The notes under the pieces: model-generated
Databases searched by the model: none
Told to the model about the DNA's origin: nothing
What the model saw: the letters and a program-made list of their open reading frames with translations, nothing else
From: Podarcis pityusensis
Taxonomy: Eukaryota
Reading direction: 5' to 3' (one strand)
Assembly (NCBI GenBank): GCA_964106645.2
Contig: OZ067043.1
Length of the DNA stretch: 64,000 nucleotides
In this document: positions 13,401 to 27,800 of the stretch, piece after piece
Layout of the letters: each line of letters opens with the position of its first letter
Numbering within the stretch: position 1 is the stretch's first letter
Position numbers and translations under genes: made by a program

Positions 13401-16400
13401 CTGCTCCAGTATTCTGTGGTCCATCTTGAATCATTACCATTTTTACACCAGCTCTCTCCTATATTCAACAAAATTAAGCTGTACAGATTATGCAAATTTA
13501 GTACTTTAATGCATTTGCCCACAAATTAATTTTTTCCAGCTTACCTGAAGTTGCTTTATTGTCTCTCCACCTTTTCCAATAACTAATCCTGCTTTGCTAG
13601 CTGGAATCATAATTTCCTGGACTGCATTTCCTGGACCATCCCCATGATGGAATCCTGGCGTAGGCCTTCCTTTTTCAACTATCTGATCAAGTAATCTCTT
13701 TGCAGACCTTGAAAAATATACAATTTATAATAGTGGCAAGACTGGGGAAAAACATAACAGGAACAAACAGCAGAGTCAAATGGGTGATGGCTAACTAGAA
13801 AAGCAAGTAATCTGCTTAACAGCAAATGAAAATCTGTGACTCTTTACAGTGCCCACAGCCCTTCCATTTAGGAAGGAGGACAAGAAAAATGTCACTGAGT
13901 ATAAGCAGCATGGATGCGAAAAGAAAAAGGCAGGGCATGCAGACGATCGAAAACACAGAACATGAAGATCCGCAGAATAGTGCAGATAAGAGAAAGGTAG
14001 GTTAAAATGTACTGGATATACCTGGGGGAAAACCTCAAACTATACAAAAGTTTTGCCATGCCTAAACAATGATCATTCTTCACCTAGGACACCAGAAAGT
14101 AATTTCTGACATAGTACACTATGTTCTTTAACATACAGAACCATCATTAAAAACACATCAGCCTATTTGAAAGTTTTAAGCGAACACTTACTGTACTGAC
14201 TCTGGGGTTCCAGTTAACATGCAAGATCTTTCAGGCATGCCACCACTATCTATAAAATGGAAATAGTACAGAATTAATACTACTAAAGAAAGAAATCAGT
14301 AGCCAGCAGTTATGCATTAAAACTGAATTACACATTCAAAAGGTACTCAAAATCAATTGTCCAAAATGTATCCAAATTTTAACCCATTACTTGTTCCCAA
14401 AATAGTTTCTCCTAAAGAGTGGAAAATAATTAAAAACATTGGTTTGGTTGTAACATTACTTGCTTGTGTTCCGTACTTTTCATTAATAGAACAGGAAGTG
14501 AAATAGTTACCAGGTGCAATCTGTATTTTGCATCCAGATTCTTGCTGTATGCGAGAAATCTGTTCTCCTCCTCTGCCAATTACTTGAAAAATGGACAAAC
14601 AAACCAGAATTATTGCATGAATTGCATTCAGTATATTTTAATTACTTTATAGCAAGGTTACACTACTTACTGAATCCAACCATTCCATCAGGAACTTTGT
14701 ATTCTTCTGTCATTACAGACCTGAAAAAAAATAACAAAAACTATATTGCACCTTGTTTGGAATTCTCTAAATAAACTTCAGAATTATATTGTATTATCTA
14801 GTTCCTATTAGTTTTTTTTCTTTGCCAGATTTGTAGTTTTGCAATCCTACAAATAAATGATAGTAATTTTATCAGGAGCCAATTATTTTAAATGAATAGG
14901 TACAATAATATCAATACTTTGAATAGATTTGAATTTCATAATCACTACATGTGATTTAAGGCAGAGGTTTGCACAAGAGAACTTCCACTCATGCAACAGG
15001 ATTTTACCTTGCTCTTCTCCACCCTGCACCCCCCCACATGCCTCTAAAATTTACTCTGGTTTTCCCCAACATGCAAGAGCAGATTTGGGGGCATGTAGGA
15101 GGAAGGAGAGGAAGGTTAAACCCCACTGTGTGAGTGGAGAGCTATTCTGCTCACACAAGAACAGCAACAGACAATTTGCGACCATTTGCTGGGGATGCAG
15201 GAGAAAACATGGTCAGGCGGAGATGCCTCTGAGTCCACATAAATAGAAAATAGCCCTGTCTACTTTTAATTTAAATACAGAAGTCACAAATAACAGCAAA
15301 TATATGAAAAGCATATGTAAAGAGAAATAAATCTATCCTACAATGAAGGAGGAAATTCACTAATGAACAGGTTCTTTTTATTTACCTTATCAAGCTGATT
15401 TAAGCCTTATTTCTTGTCCTTAAACATAGTAACACCCTTACTGGTCCAAGCTATTTTGAAAGAGGCAATGATTTCTCTGTCATGCTGAACTGACTGGCAT
15501 CTTATTTTCAAAGAGATTTGAGTAGCAATGATAGATTTGCTTACATTGCCATCAAATTAATGAATAACATCCTGATTCAATTTTAGCTGAAGGCAGTAAG
15601 AGAACATTGCTTTAATATGGATGGCATATTTTTAAAAATACTTTTTGGAAAGTGGCATGGTTACTCTAAGAAACCACACACACATGCTACATTATTAATC
15701 AGTTGCCTGTTTCTAAAATGTGCCTTGAAGGCTCAGATTTGTAGCTCACACAGCTAAGCATCCATGCCTGTACAATGCTTGCTTAGAGGTATGTAATAAG
15801 CACAAATATACCAACTGTAAGTGAGTAATACTATACAGATTAGCTGAAGTAAAGCAAGCTGATGAAAGTTAAACCGGTGTAAAGTTACACCAGATCCAAA
15901 TTTCCTGGCAGTTTTAAGGTCTATTCACAAGGGACAAATTAAAATTGCCAAGTAGATGAATTAACATACTGGAGTCATTCCTGCTTGGGATTGTTATATG
16001 CAATTTTGAAGTACTTTTATAAATTCTTGGGAGAAGTCAGTATGAACAGTTACATCTTAGAAGAATCAGAAAAAAGTATCCTACCTCTGTTGCTGATGCA
16101 TGGGTGGCATCTGATTTCCAAAGGCTAAAATAAATATATACGGTAAATATTTTAATTCCATTAAATGCTCTGGAATAAATGACAATGGCCTACCATATGA
16201 ACAATTTGCATATATATTAACTTTTTTCATCTCTCCCATTCAACCCAAAGTATCACAACTACAATTACAATCCTAAACCCATGTACTGGGAGTAATCCTC
16301 ACTGAACTCAATGGATAGAGGTGGATAAGACTGCCCTATAATTATCTCACACGGGGAAAGACAGAACTGGGTACAATAAACTGAGGTCAGACAGAGCACC

Positions 16401-19400
16401 AAACCATGAATTGATGATTGAACAAGCCTAGAATGAGACATAGGCTTAGATTTTTGTCCTGTCGTATGCCCAGTGTAACCATTTCCTTCCAACTTTGCTG
16501 ATAGCTCAGAACAAGCAAACTATGACTGAGGCTTCACAAGGTATATCTGGATTGCAAATCAATATCAAACCCTGGTATGCATGGAAAATAGACATAATCT
16601 GCCAGCCAGAAAGTAAAGACAAATTATAGATTGCTGAAAACTGAGAAGAAATGAATTAGGTCAAGAATACAAGGATAGGAGAGCAAGGACCAAGCTCACT
16701 GTTTTTCCTACTCTTATGCACAACTTCCCCTTTCTCTCCCTACTCTTATACAGTGAATTATTATGAAGTAAGATCAATGGAACTTGGCTCTTCAGTGGGC
16801 AGAACATTTTTGCCTTCACCTTTAATGTGATTACCTCTCAGATTTCTTCTCCTATCCCAATGAATAAATAGTCAGTAAACACGCATTAGGATTTTCTTTG
16901 TGTTGGGGTAGCACACTGTATGTACAGTACTTAGGTATGAACAATCACCAACCCAAAGTCCTATCTCCCACTCTCTTTTGAAGCAAGGGGTAGGAGTTGC
17001 ATGTGGCTTGCCATTTTAGTAACAGAGTATCACTGGCTCTATCCAACACTGCAGCTTCACTAGCACAAGATATTGCAGTGTTAGCAAGAAAACTTCCCTC
17101 TCCTGTTCCCTTCCACAAAATCAGCTCCAGAGTTTGGGGGACCCACTGGAGCAGATGGATGGGGCAGAAGAGAGAAAACCTAAGTCGTGTTATGCCAGTG
17201 GAACCCTGATGCCACTGCATTGGATAGAATTACCTTCCCTCTTTTTTTTTCTTTACAGCAGCTGATACCTCCTGTAATAGCAGCATTGGATTTAATCTGT
17301 TATTGTTAGCCTTTCCAACTGTAATACTTTGGCTTGTATTTAATGCTGCTAGTTCACTCTCACAATGGCACTCCTCCCTCGTAGTCCACAATGCACCCTA
17401 AAAACCTTCTTCAGAAGGTTGGAGAACCCTCCAGAACAGATTGTAGGGCACAGGTGGGACAAGAGGCAGGGGAAGTCAGTTGCGCAAGCAGAACTCTGCT
17501 GGCGTAGTGTTGGATACAACCCATTATTATTTTGTATTTTGCCCCTTACCAATAGTAACTTTTTTTGTTAAGCATATTATTGATAGGGTCCATATTCAGC
17601 TGTTTAAAATGTAGGGCTCCAAAAAAAGTAAAATCAGATCCTATATGCCTTGAAAGATAACAGCAAACATTCAGTATATCGAGTTTTCAATTATTTCCCT
17701 TCCTGACTCCCAAAATCTTTTCTAGAGGATTGTGGCACCTGTCCACTACTGTATGAAGTGAATGGTGGATTTCTGAGGAATAAATGGGATGGTTCTATAA
17801 AGTGTGGCCTCCCAGGGATGAATCCCGGGACTTGCACTTTATACTTGTTCATAAATGACCTGGAGAAGTGAGGTGGCCAGGTTTGCATGATATCAAATTG
17901 TTGACCCCAGTCTGTGAAAAAGGCAAGCTCCATTCTAGAAATCATTACTAGCCCATATCGCAATGCCTTCAATTCAAATGCACTTGGAATAGTGTGTACC
18001 TGTGCACCTTTCTTGATGCCAGAGGTGAGATGCACTGTGGGGTTTTTATTGTTCCTGCTGCTGTTTGAACGTTTTCATGACGATCTAAAGTGTTAACTGT
18101 TTTGTTTTTATATGCTTGTTGTGGTTATAATGCATATGTATGCCATATATCATTTGGCTGAAAGGCAGGCTATAAAATTTCAAAAGTAAGTTCTGATCAT
18201 CACAACTACAAAGGGGTATTGTAGAGCTGAAAGTTTCAAGAAAGGGCAACCAAGATGATCACGGGGCCGAAACAACTGTCCTATGAGGGAACTTACAACA
18301 TTTGAGGATTTATAGCAGGCATAGGGATGATGGGAGTTGTAGTTCCAAAACATCTGGAGGGCTGAGTTTGCCTATGCCTGATTTATAGTTTTGAATGCCC
18401 TGCCCTTGCCTCTCCCCACCTGGCTTGGACGGGGCCTGACAGGCTTCACAAGGACTGTGGCTGCTGCTCAGCAGAGGGCTCCTCTTTTATTTTTTATCTG
18501 TGTGGTTTTAAATAAGACCACCTTGGCTGTCAGCCCTGCACCCTGCCTTGCTGGCCTTTTCCCATCTGGCCTGGGAGAGTGGAGTGCTGACTGACTCCAG
18601 CTACAAAAACTGAGGCTGATGAACAGATTCTGGGCTGGAATATTATTGTTGTGTCTTTAGTTTTAGATCTTATGATTTACGTGCAAATTGTTTCCATTTG
18701 ATTGTGTACTTTTTGATGTGTTTTATTAATGTTTATGACTTCTGTGATGATTGTACTTATGTAAATCTTGTCTTGTTGTAAGCAGCCTTGAGCATAGTTT
18801 CAACTATGGAAAGGAGGCATACAAATAAAATGATGATGATGAAATATGGTAAGAGGTTCATAAAATGGATGAGGTTCCCCCCCAGTACTTTCGAAGATTC
18901 TGAACAGAAAGAATTTCTTCACATAGCACATAACTAAACTATGAAATTCACAACCACAAGATATAGTATTTGCCACCAACTTCTACGGCCTGAAAAGGTT
19001 TTAGACAAATTCTTGGAGAATAAGGCTATCAATTACTAGTAGCTATTATCTCTAGCTTGCAGAACCAGTGGTCAGGGCTGACACCAGTTGGGGACCCAAG
19101 TATGAGAAACACTGTACTAAAAGCAAGTTTCTCAACACTTTTACATTAGGCTGCTTTTACTTCTGTGTATTTCACAATATTAACCAACAGATAGAGATGC
19201 CTTGATGAATGACTAATTAATGTGCTTATCAGGCTTCCAGACTGTGTTTCGCACACACCAAAAGATGTGCTGCTGTATACAATAATTGCAACTATGGGCT
19301 GGAACAATGAACTATTAACAATAGGAAAATATAAACTAATGCCTTTCCACCAATACGTCTGTAAATACTACCTTAAGAGTTTGCACAAGATATAAATTAA

Positions 19401-21764
19401 GGGTTTATATGAGTTATCACTGCTTGTGTAAGAACATAGTTGTTTCACTTTTCTTACAGAGCTCTTTGGAACGACGTATAAAACAGTCCTCCAGTGAGCA
19501 GAAGACATCTTCCACACAAAGAAGGAAGCCTTTGGATCTAACAAAATATTTCCAAAGTCACTATCTGGTCTTTCAGAAGGCAAAAATAGAAGGAAAAATG
19601 GTTTTTAGTAAATTCACCACACCCCTCTCCTTCATAATGCTACACATATGAGAAACCTGCTCTAAATTCCACAGCACAGTGGCAAATCAAAGACCTACTG
19701 TGCATACACAAATTCAAACTGATGCAAACCATACTCTGAACCTACGTCCTGCCCCAACTAGATACTGTGCTCAATCCTTTTATGCTGCAGCTATATATTG
19801 CTACCTGTCTCCCAAGTACCATTATAGAACCTAGCTGCTCAATAAGCTTTAATATCTCTATCCTCCATTATAAGAAGCAGACAACAAGGCAAGGCATGGG
19901 ATTATACTACAATGCATTTTAACAACTTGTCTCATTGGGTACATTGCTACTTAAGTTCAGCATAGTGTTAACCAATTAATATGGGAGGTATTTCTAAACA
20001 TGATGGGAAGCACACATTTCAAATGCATTGAAAGAACATGCTGCAGTATCTACAACATTCTATAACCCATTAAAAATGTAACCTTACTTAACCAGTTCAG
20101 ATTTTTATAACAGAACTCTAAATAAGTCTGCAGACTTATAATGAATCCAATTATGCAGTAAGAAATTTCCTGTTGAAATTTTTACACATTTTTCTATTTT
20201 GGGTTTTCCATTAAAAGCAGAACTCAGATAATCTCCTTCCAAATCCATGTAAGTAGCCAACCCACTGCTTTTGACCAAACATTGCAGAAGCTGCCCACAA
20301 AAAGGGCTTTCATTTTTTTTTTTTAATGATTACAAATTATACACAAAAGAGGCACAGAGTGGGAAAGGTTTTACTAAATGTAGAGCAAAGTGAGAAAGGT
20401 GCCTCTTACTGGAACATAATTAGCCTTCAAAATACTGGAAGACATGGGGTGGAACTACAGACTACATCAGCCAATGAGGGATCCAAAGTGTGTTTGCTAA
20501 ACAACAATAATAAAAATGTATGGAAGGGGCCTTTTCACAGGAGACGGGGTGGGAGGGAGGTTCTTAAGCCTTCCCTGCCTCTCTTTCCACTCTTGGACCC
20601 AGAGATGGGGTGCGAGATGGGGATTGGGGGCAAAACAGCTGGAGGGAAGGATTGCGGGGGAGAAGCAGCAGCAAAAAAGGGCTTTCAATCCCTTCCCTCT
20701 TACAGGTCCCTGCATCTCCTCAAAAAAACCTTTCCTAGGAGAAAGGTGTGATGTGAGAATATGTGAAAATCATGCAGAGGCACCTTGTGCAAACAAACTT
20801 CTGATGCAACACTGAATCCAACCTGCTGTCTAAATTTAGTTTTAACCTTTTTACACTGGATATTTGGGCCCAACAAGATATAAAACATGATTAGAAGATA
20901 GGATTGAGCAAGAAAATATCCTCAAGAGGGATAACAGAAAACTATAGAATGTCCTTTCCCCTATTTCCTCTTCTACATAAAAGGCTGCTACAAGCTGAAA
21001 AGCGGTAATAAAATATGTTGGATTAGCAGCTCACAATCTGTCTATGGAAAGTTTACATTTGTCTCCTGGCTTGTCTTTTGCATCACTTCATGACGACTGC
21101 TCAAATGCTATGTTCTATTCTCATGTGTTGGTTACTTCCAAGACTGGATTATTGCAACGTGCTCTATGTGGGGTTTCCTTTGTGCTTGATACAGAAGCTA
21201 CAGTTTAGTGTATAATGCCTTGTCAGCATATAACACCTGCTGAGAGATCTGCCCTGGTTGTCAATTTGCTACCGGGTCAAGTTCAAGGTGTTACTATCAC
21301 TTGGGACCAGTTTACTTACGAGATTGCCCTACCCAACATGTGTCCCCTTGATCGCTTCGATCGGCGGAATTGACACTAATACAGATGCCACATAATATCT
21401 GTTCTGCATTTGTATGAACTTGATCAGGCTTAGTGAGGCAGTGCGTACACTTTGGAACTCCCCGTCTATTGAGATCAAGAAGGCGTCTTCATTGTATTCT
21501 TTTCAGTGCTTGCTAAAAACATTCCTGTTTAGAGACGTTCACCCAGATGCTTAGAAATCTGAGGTAGTTTTATTCTGTTTCAGTATTTTAACTTTCATAT
21601 GTTTTAAAGTAAGGTGGTATATTTTTCTTGATTTTACTGTTTTAGCTTTACAAAAGCTAAAACAGTAAAATCAAGAAAAATATACCACCTTACTTTAAAA
21701 CATACGAAAGTTATGTTTTAGGAGTTTTCTAAACAATCAAATGGTTTTATTAAATAATTACATA

Positions 21765-21810
<46 letters not shown>

Positions 21811-24800
21811 AAAGGGAGGTAAGGGCCAAAGCTCAGCAGCAGACCCAAGGTATCTCATAGTAGGAAAAAACCCCTACCTAAAGCCTTGGGGGCAGCCACT
21901 GACAGTTACTAAAGACAATACTGCTCTATGGATACATGTTCTGACTCAATACAGCATATCTTCCTGAATAAAAATCCCTGCCAACTACCACTTTTTAACT
22001 ATCGAACTTTTGGCTCATTTCAAAACTATATTCCTTTTATTAATATGAATATTCTGTTTTAAAAAAGCAAATACTGACTGATTCAGAAAGACTCCTTCCA
22101 CTCCTATTTAAGATAGCCCTCCCACAAACAAAATCCCTATATACAACACATGTGGTGCAGTTTCAAAAGTGGTTTGTATTGCAGATCTAATTACTGTTTC
22201 TAGGGATAGAGGCACAAGACCACCCAGCAACTCTGCAACATGCACTCAACCACTATGTGCACATAAACACTGGTATATCATAATTATGTATAGAATAGAA
22301 TACTAAACACTTGCTTTGACAAGTACACTTAAGAGCTGACCACAAGGTAAAAACATACTTACAATCATTATTTGGAGGAGCAACTTTCTTAGGCTCTGGT
22401 TGATCTGCAAAAGTAAGATTTTTTTAAATGTTTTTTGTCACAAAGATAGGCAATTTAAATAAATGGTTGTTCCAGAAGTGCAAAATGCAACTTGTCCAAT
22501 GCATTTTAGCATGTTTTTGAAATTTCAGGGAATAGGTCATCTAAACAAGGAAAAATCTTATATGTTTAACACTTGGTTAGTATAGTCAGGGGGGAAAAAT
22601 GCAAAGTACTTCCATTTATCAGATAAACTGTTCAAGGTTTAATAAGGCACGCAGGTTTAAACACACTATTACGGATGTCCAGGTCACTAAAACATAACTA
22701 ATAAACATTTAGCTGTATTATTAGTAATTTGACACTAAAGCTAATGATGCTTCTGTAACAAAAACTGAAAAGACCACCATTGTGAGAAATAATCATTTTA
22801 CAATTATATCTGACAACGACCACAATACTAAATAGAAAATCAAAATTTAAGATTCAACCAACACATAGCAATACAATCTCAATCTGGGAACTGTCATACA
22901 GACTTCCTAACCAAATACTGAAAATTTCACGGCATAAGACGTCAAAACAGCAGATTCAAAGCCACTACCATCACTACCATCCAAATTCGTTTAGTATGAG
23001 TGAAAGTCGTAGATAACTGATATCTGATAAAAATTACCTCAAATGTTTCCGTCCCACCCCATATTCAGGAATATATGATGAACCACCATTATTAAGTGCA
23101 GTAAAAGTCAGACACATATTCCAAGAAATATTTGTGTCATCCATTTCAAAAGATCCACTAGTTCATTTCNNNNNNNNNNNNNNNNNNNNNNNNNNNNNNN
23201 NNNNNNNNNNNNNNNNNNNNNNNNNNNNNNNNNNNNNNNNNNNNNNNNNNNNNNNNNNNNNNNNNNNNNNNNNNNNNNNNNNNNNNNNNNNNNNNNNNNN
23301 NNNNNNNNNNNNNNNNNGCATCATTAGCTCATTTTTGAATATTAAAAACCTCACTAATAATAAAAGGCACTTTAATAAAGTACACAAGTACTCCTTGTCA
23401 AGAGCCTTAGAAATTTTCTGTAAACAAAATTATAATCCTTCAAAACCTACATTCTCCTCCAAGGTCAGAAACTGTATACATGAATTAAAAAAAATATTAC
23501 AGAATGCTTTGCTTTTAGAAGATAAACATATTAAACCCTGTTAAGCCCACAAAAGCTTTTTAAAATTAAAAAAATTAAAAAATGCTACACATTTCAGTAA
23601 CATGTTTTAAAAACAAACAAAAGGTTCAAGCAAGTTAGAGGAAGACATTTCTCCAAATATTTCAATGCTTGTCTTTTTAATGAAATAACTACATATTAAA
23701 ATGTTGTGCCTGCACAATGTAACTTATATACCAAACCACCAGGTTTGAAAAAGATTAACAAATGAGCATTCTCCGTATAAATTAGAGGAGCTGTTAATCC
23801 TCTGTCACAAATATTTCAACACTGTGCTTCTGATGCATTTTAAATAATACATATTTTACCTACCTTAGGTTTTTAGTTATGTCTAAAAGATCATATCCAT
23901 GTTGAAGATGGACTATTCTACCTTCTAACCAATAACCATGATTAAAGTAATGCAGAAAAGCTAAACTAACTCATGCACTCACACACACACTATCAGTTTA
24001 TAATTTTTAGAATTGAATATATTAGCGTCTTATTTACTGATTGACAGCATACCTCCATCTTCAAGAGGTCTTTTTTGTCCTCCATAACTGTAATCATTTG
24101 AATTCACAGATGTTCCAGATTCATTTCCAATTTTTGCTGCAATCTGAAAGAAAAGCAAAGGCAAGCATATCAAGTCTTTTATTTTTTTTTACTATGTTGT
24201 AAAAAGTAATGTGTCAAAGAATCATTTTTACACTTCCTGTAACAGATACCTTACATCATACATTAATATGTTGTCAAGCATTAATTACACTAAACACAAG
24301 TTGTCTAACTATGATTTTTGCTCTGGGAGGCCACCACTTGAAGATAAGGGCAAACCTTTATATTAAGAGAAAAACTGATGTCAGCTTAACTGGAAGAATC
24401 AGACACGCAAGTGTTGAAATACAACAGCAACAATTATGGTATCAGAAGTTAGTGTGCTTGCTTGTGACAGGCACAGACACGCAAGCAATTTCTTATAGAA
24501 CCTCATACCATATAGAAACTAACAATGAATTGCTTGCTATTTTGCCCAAATGATTAATTTTAAAGCAATATAGTGAGGGTGCCTGCCTAAAGTCAAAGTG
24601 CAGTGTTACAAATGCTCCTCCTCCTCCAAGGTGTAAACTGGCCCCAAGCCAGTGTATACATACTTCATATAGTAATTGCAGTAAATTTCCCAAAGGTTAA
24701 TGTCAGTGAAGATCATTTTGAAATCTCAAGCAGTGCATGTGCTTAGACCAGTGCTTGGATTTAGTATGGGATTGGTGGCAGCTAATAAACTGCAGCTGAA

Positions 24801-27800
24801 CACTGACAAGATAAAATTCTGATTTGTAGATGCCCATGTGTGGAGACTTAGGTATACAGCCTGTGCTACATTCTCCTTGAAAGAAGGGGTGCAATTTTGG
24901 GGTAGTCTTTGATCTAGCATTGTCATGAGGCACAGGTAGCATGAGCGACACAAAGTGTCTTTTTAAAAGCTATAACTGTTCCTGGACATGGATAGTCTGA
25001 CCATAGTGACCCATGCTCTGGTGACCTACTGACTGGGTTACTGTAATGCGCCGTGCATGGTTCTATCCCTTGAAGACAATCCAGAAACTTAAGTTAGGGC
25101 AGAATGTAGCTGCTCTCTCTCTTTACTGGACAGACGGAATGACATCACAGTGATTCTAAGAGTTACATTAGCGGTTTATTCACTTCAAAACACAATTCAA
25201 AGTGCTGATGCCTATCTTTTCAACTCTAAGCAGCTCACTACCAAAATACCTAAAGGAACATATCCACCAATGCCAGGTTGGCAGGGTGTTTAGATCCTCC
25301 AAGGTGGGTTTTCAGTTCCATAACCAGGGGGATTTCCACTATGTGGTGCCATACCTTAGTTGTGCTACGGTAAAGCCTTTGCTGTGGTGGCACTGCATAC
25401 GTGGAATGCTCTCATAAGACTTATGATTGGAGCCCAAGCAATCATGATTTCAGCACCTGGTCAAAACATACCTATTTGCGTCCAGGTATTTTAATAAGTT
25501 GGTAATTGATCATCTCACTCTATTTTAACTGCCTTTATTTGGTTTGCCGTTTTATTGTTGTATGGCGGATTGTTTATTTTTTGTTCTCTACTCTACCGGA
25601 GAATCAATAGATAAAAGGTAGATAATTAGCATTTTTAATGACTAAACTGAAATTAATTTATGATCCTGTAAATTTGGGTTCTCCTGTTTTAAAAACAAGA
25701 GCCTACATCATATTTATTCACAAGTAAATGTGTTCAGTGGAACTTTTTCCCCATCTAGTAGACCCCATTTCAGGAGAACTTACTTTTGAGTGTGTTTAGA
25801 ATTGCATTATTTAATATCACAGCTGAAATGAACTACAACCTAATTGGCTCAGGCTTACATTTGAATGTTCCCTTCATCTCCCTCTTCCCTAGGATTCTCT
25901 TTTTTTTAGTTTGAAAAAAACAAAACACCAAAAAAATAACCAAGCCTGACAGTTCAAATCCTGTCTCAAAGCAGAAAGAAATTACAGTACAAGGTGAAAG
26001 ACAAGCAGGGAGTGTGCAAACCCAAGAGTTTTGACAGTCATTTATGTAACTCTGAATTATGGCATGTTGCTGTATCTGAGCCACCTCAGTGTGGTAGATT
26101 TGGAATAGGAATGAGTTACACATTATACTACTCCTAGCTGCCCTTAGTCAAGAATTTTGTTGTTGTTGTTGTTGTAAGCATGTATTAAAAGCACCCCCAC
26201 CACCTTATTTGTTTTTAAAATGTACCAACACCTCATTTTCAAGATTTTCTCTTCAGCCACTAAGAATGGAAACTAATTTAAAATTATTTCCCCTTGTTCA
26301 ATGTTCAAACAGCCATTCTGCATCTAAAAAAAAAGGTGTAGAATGGTTCATCTATTAGTGTATATGAAAGAGTGCAGCTATAAAGAATCCACGTCTTTCT
26401 CTTTTTATAGACGAGTATATTCAGTCATCTAGGAGGTAAGGTGGTAGTGTTGGGCCCTGAAAATTTAGCTTTATACTACAGTTTATAAATTATTTTGCCA
26501 CTTCCTCTCCGTTTACAAAACTACAACAATTTACTGGATTCTGTACTATCCTCCTTGCCTTACCTCACCCACTTGCAAGGAAGAGGACTGTGATCCTGTC
26601 TTGCTGGAGCTTTCAGTTTGCATGAAACGTTTGAACAAAGATATTGGCAAGTGCTGAAGGCAAAGAACTCTTAACCAAATGCTTTCTTAATTCTCTTTGC
26701 TTTTATAAATTAATAAGAGATGTGGTTCCTAGATCAAACTTTTCTGAATTTGGGCTGGTTGTTACATCTAACGTCTAAGTAAGTTGCTAGGAAACAAGAA
26801 AGCTTAAGGCAACTAAATAAATGGAAGGGAAGCATTACTGCTAAAAATGGCGGCAATTATCTTCAACAGTAGGAAGCCAGTTACAGATAGGTAGCCGTGT
26901 TGGTCTGGAAGCCAATTCTTTTTCCCCGACTGCCCCAAACCATACAACCAGGACAGAGACACTTCGGTCAGGACTAGTTGACAACTACAGTATTTCATAT
27001 AACCTCTTACAGAATCGAACGGGAGTCTTTTTCTGATTTAGAAAATGCTCTTATCTCACCTATACAGCAGGCGACTGAAAAAAAATCTAAAAACTTATGG
27101 GGTCATATAAAGTGATATAGAAACAACACCTTCTAATTATTATGTGAACAAGAGAAAAGGAAAGAGTGGACCAGCTACCTTATTAGGCAACAATTTCTAT
27201 TTTATAAAAGCGGTGTTTCGGGTTTCTCCGTGTTGCGCGACTATGTAAAAAAAATTAGGGAAACCCTGAACTGTGAGTAAAAGGGAGGGAAAAAATATCC
27301 CAAGTAAGGAGGCGGAAACTCAAATAAAAGGTGCCTCGGCCATACAAGAGGCTAACCCCCCCCCCCTTGAGGACGAGCGCTAATTCCTCCCTCATCCTGT
27401 GCAGTGGAAACTATTCACCAAACGACGAAAATCGCTACAAGTACAGGTATTGCATGTGGGGAAGGGAGGAGGCGGTCCTCGTGGACGAAGAGCGAGCGAA
27501 GTGGAAGTTGGGGGAAATCAGAAATGCCGACCCACCCGCCTCTTTCTCTCTGGGTTGGTGGTGCACGTAGAGAGGACGCCGCCATTACGGGAAGGCGGCT
27601 TGAGAGGGGGGAAAAGGACCCCAAGGAAGAAATTCCCTCCTAATCCGAGGGATGGTGTCTCTCAAATCTCACTTCCCTCCCTCGCTCCCGTGAGGAGCGA
27701 ATGGAACCGAGGCGCCACAGGACTTTCTCTTTCCACCCCCATTTTCTAGTCACTGAGGGAACTACGGCGCCGCTGCCCGAAAAGTCCTCCCAAAGGCCCA

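Noticed and set aside
23860-23885. Possible 19-nt microexon (tcttttag|ACATAACTAAAAACCTAAG|gtaggt) in FUBP1 intron 2
   Set aside because: Short AG/GT pairs like this occur by chance; no supporting context.
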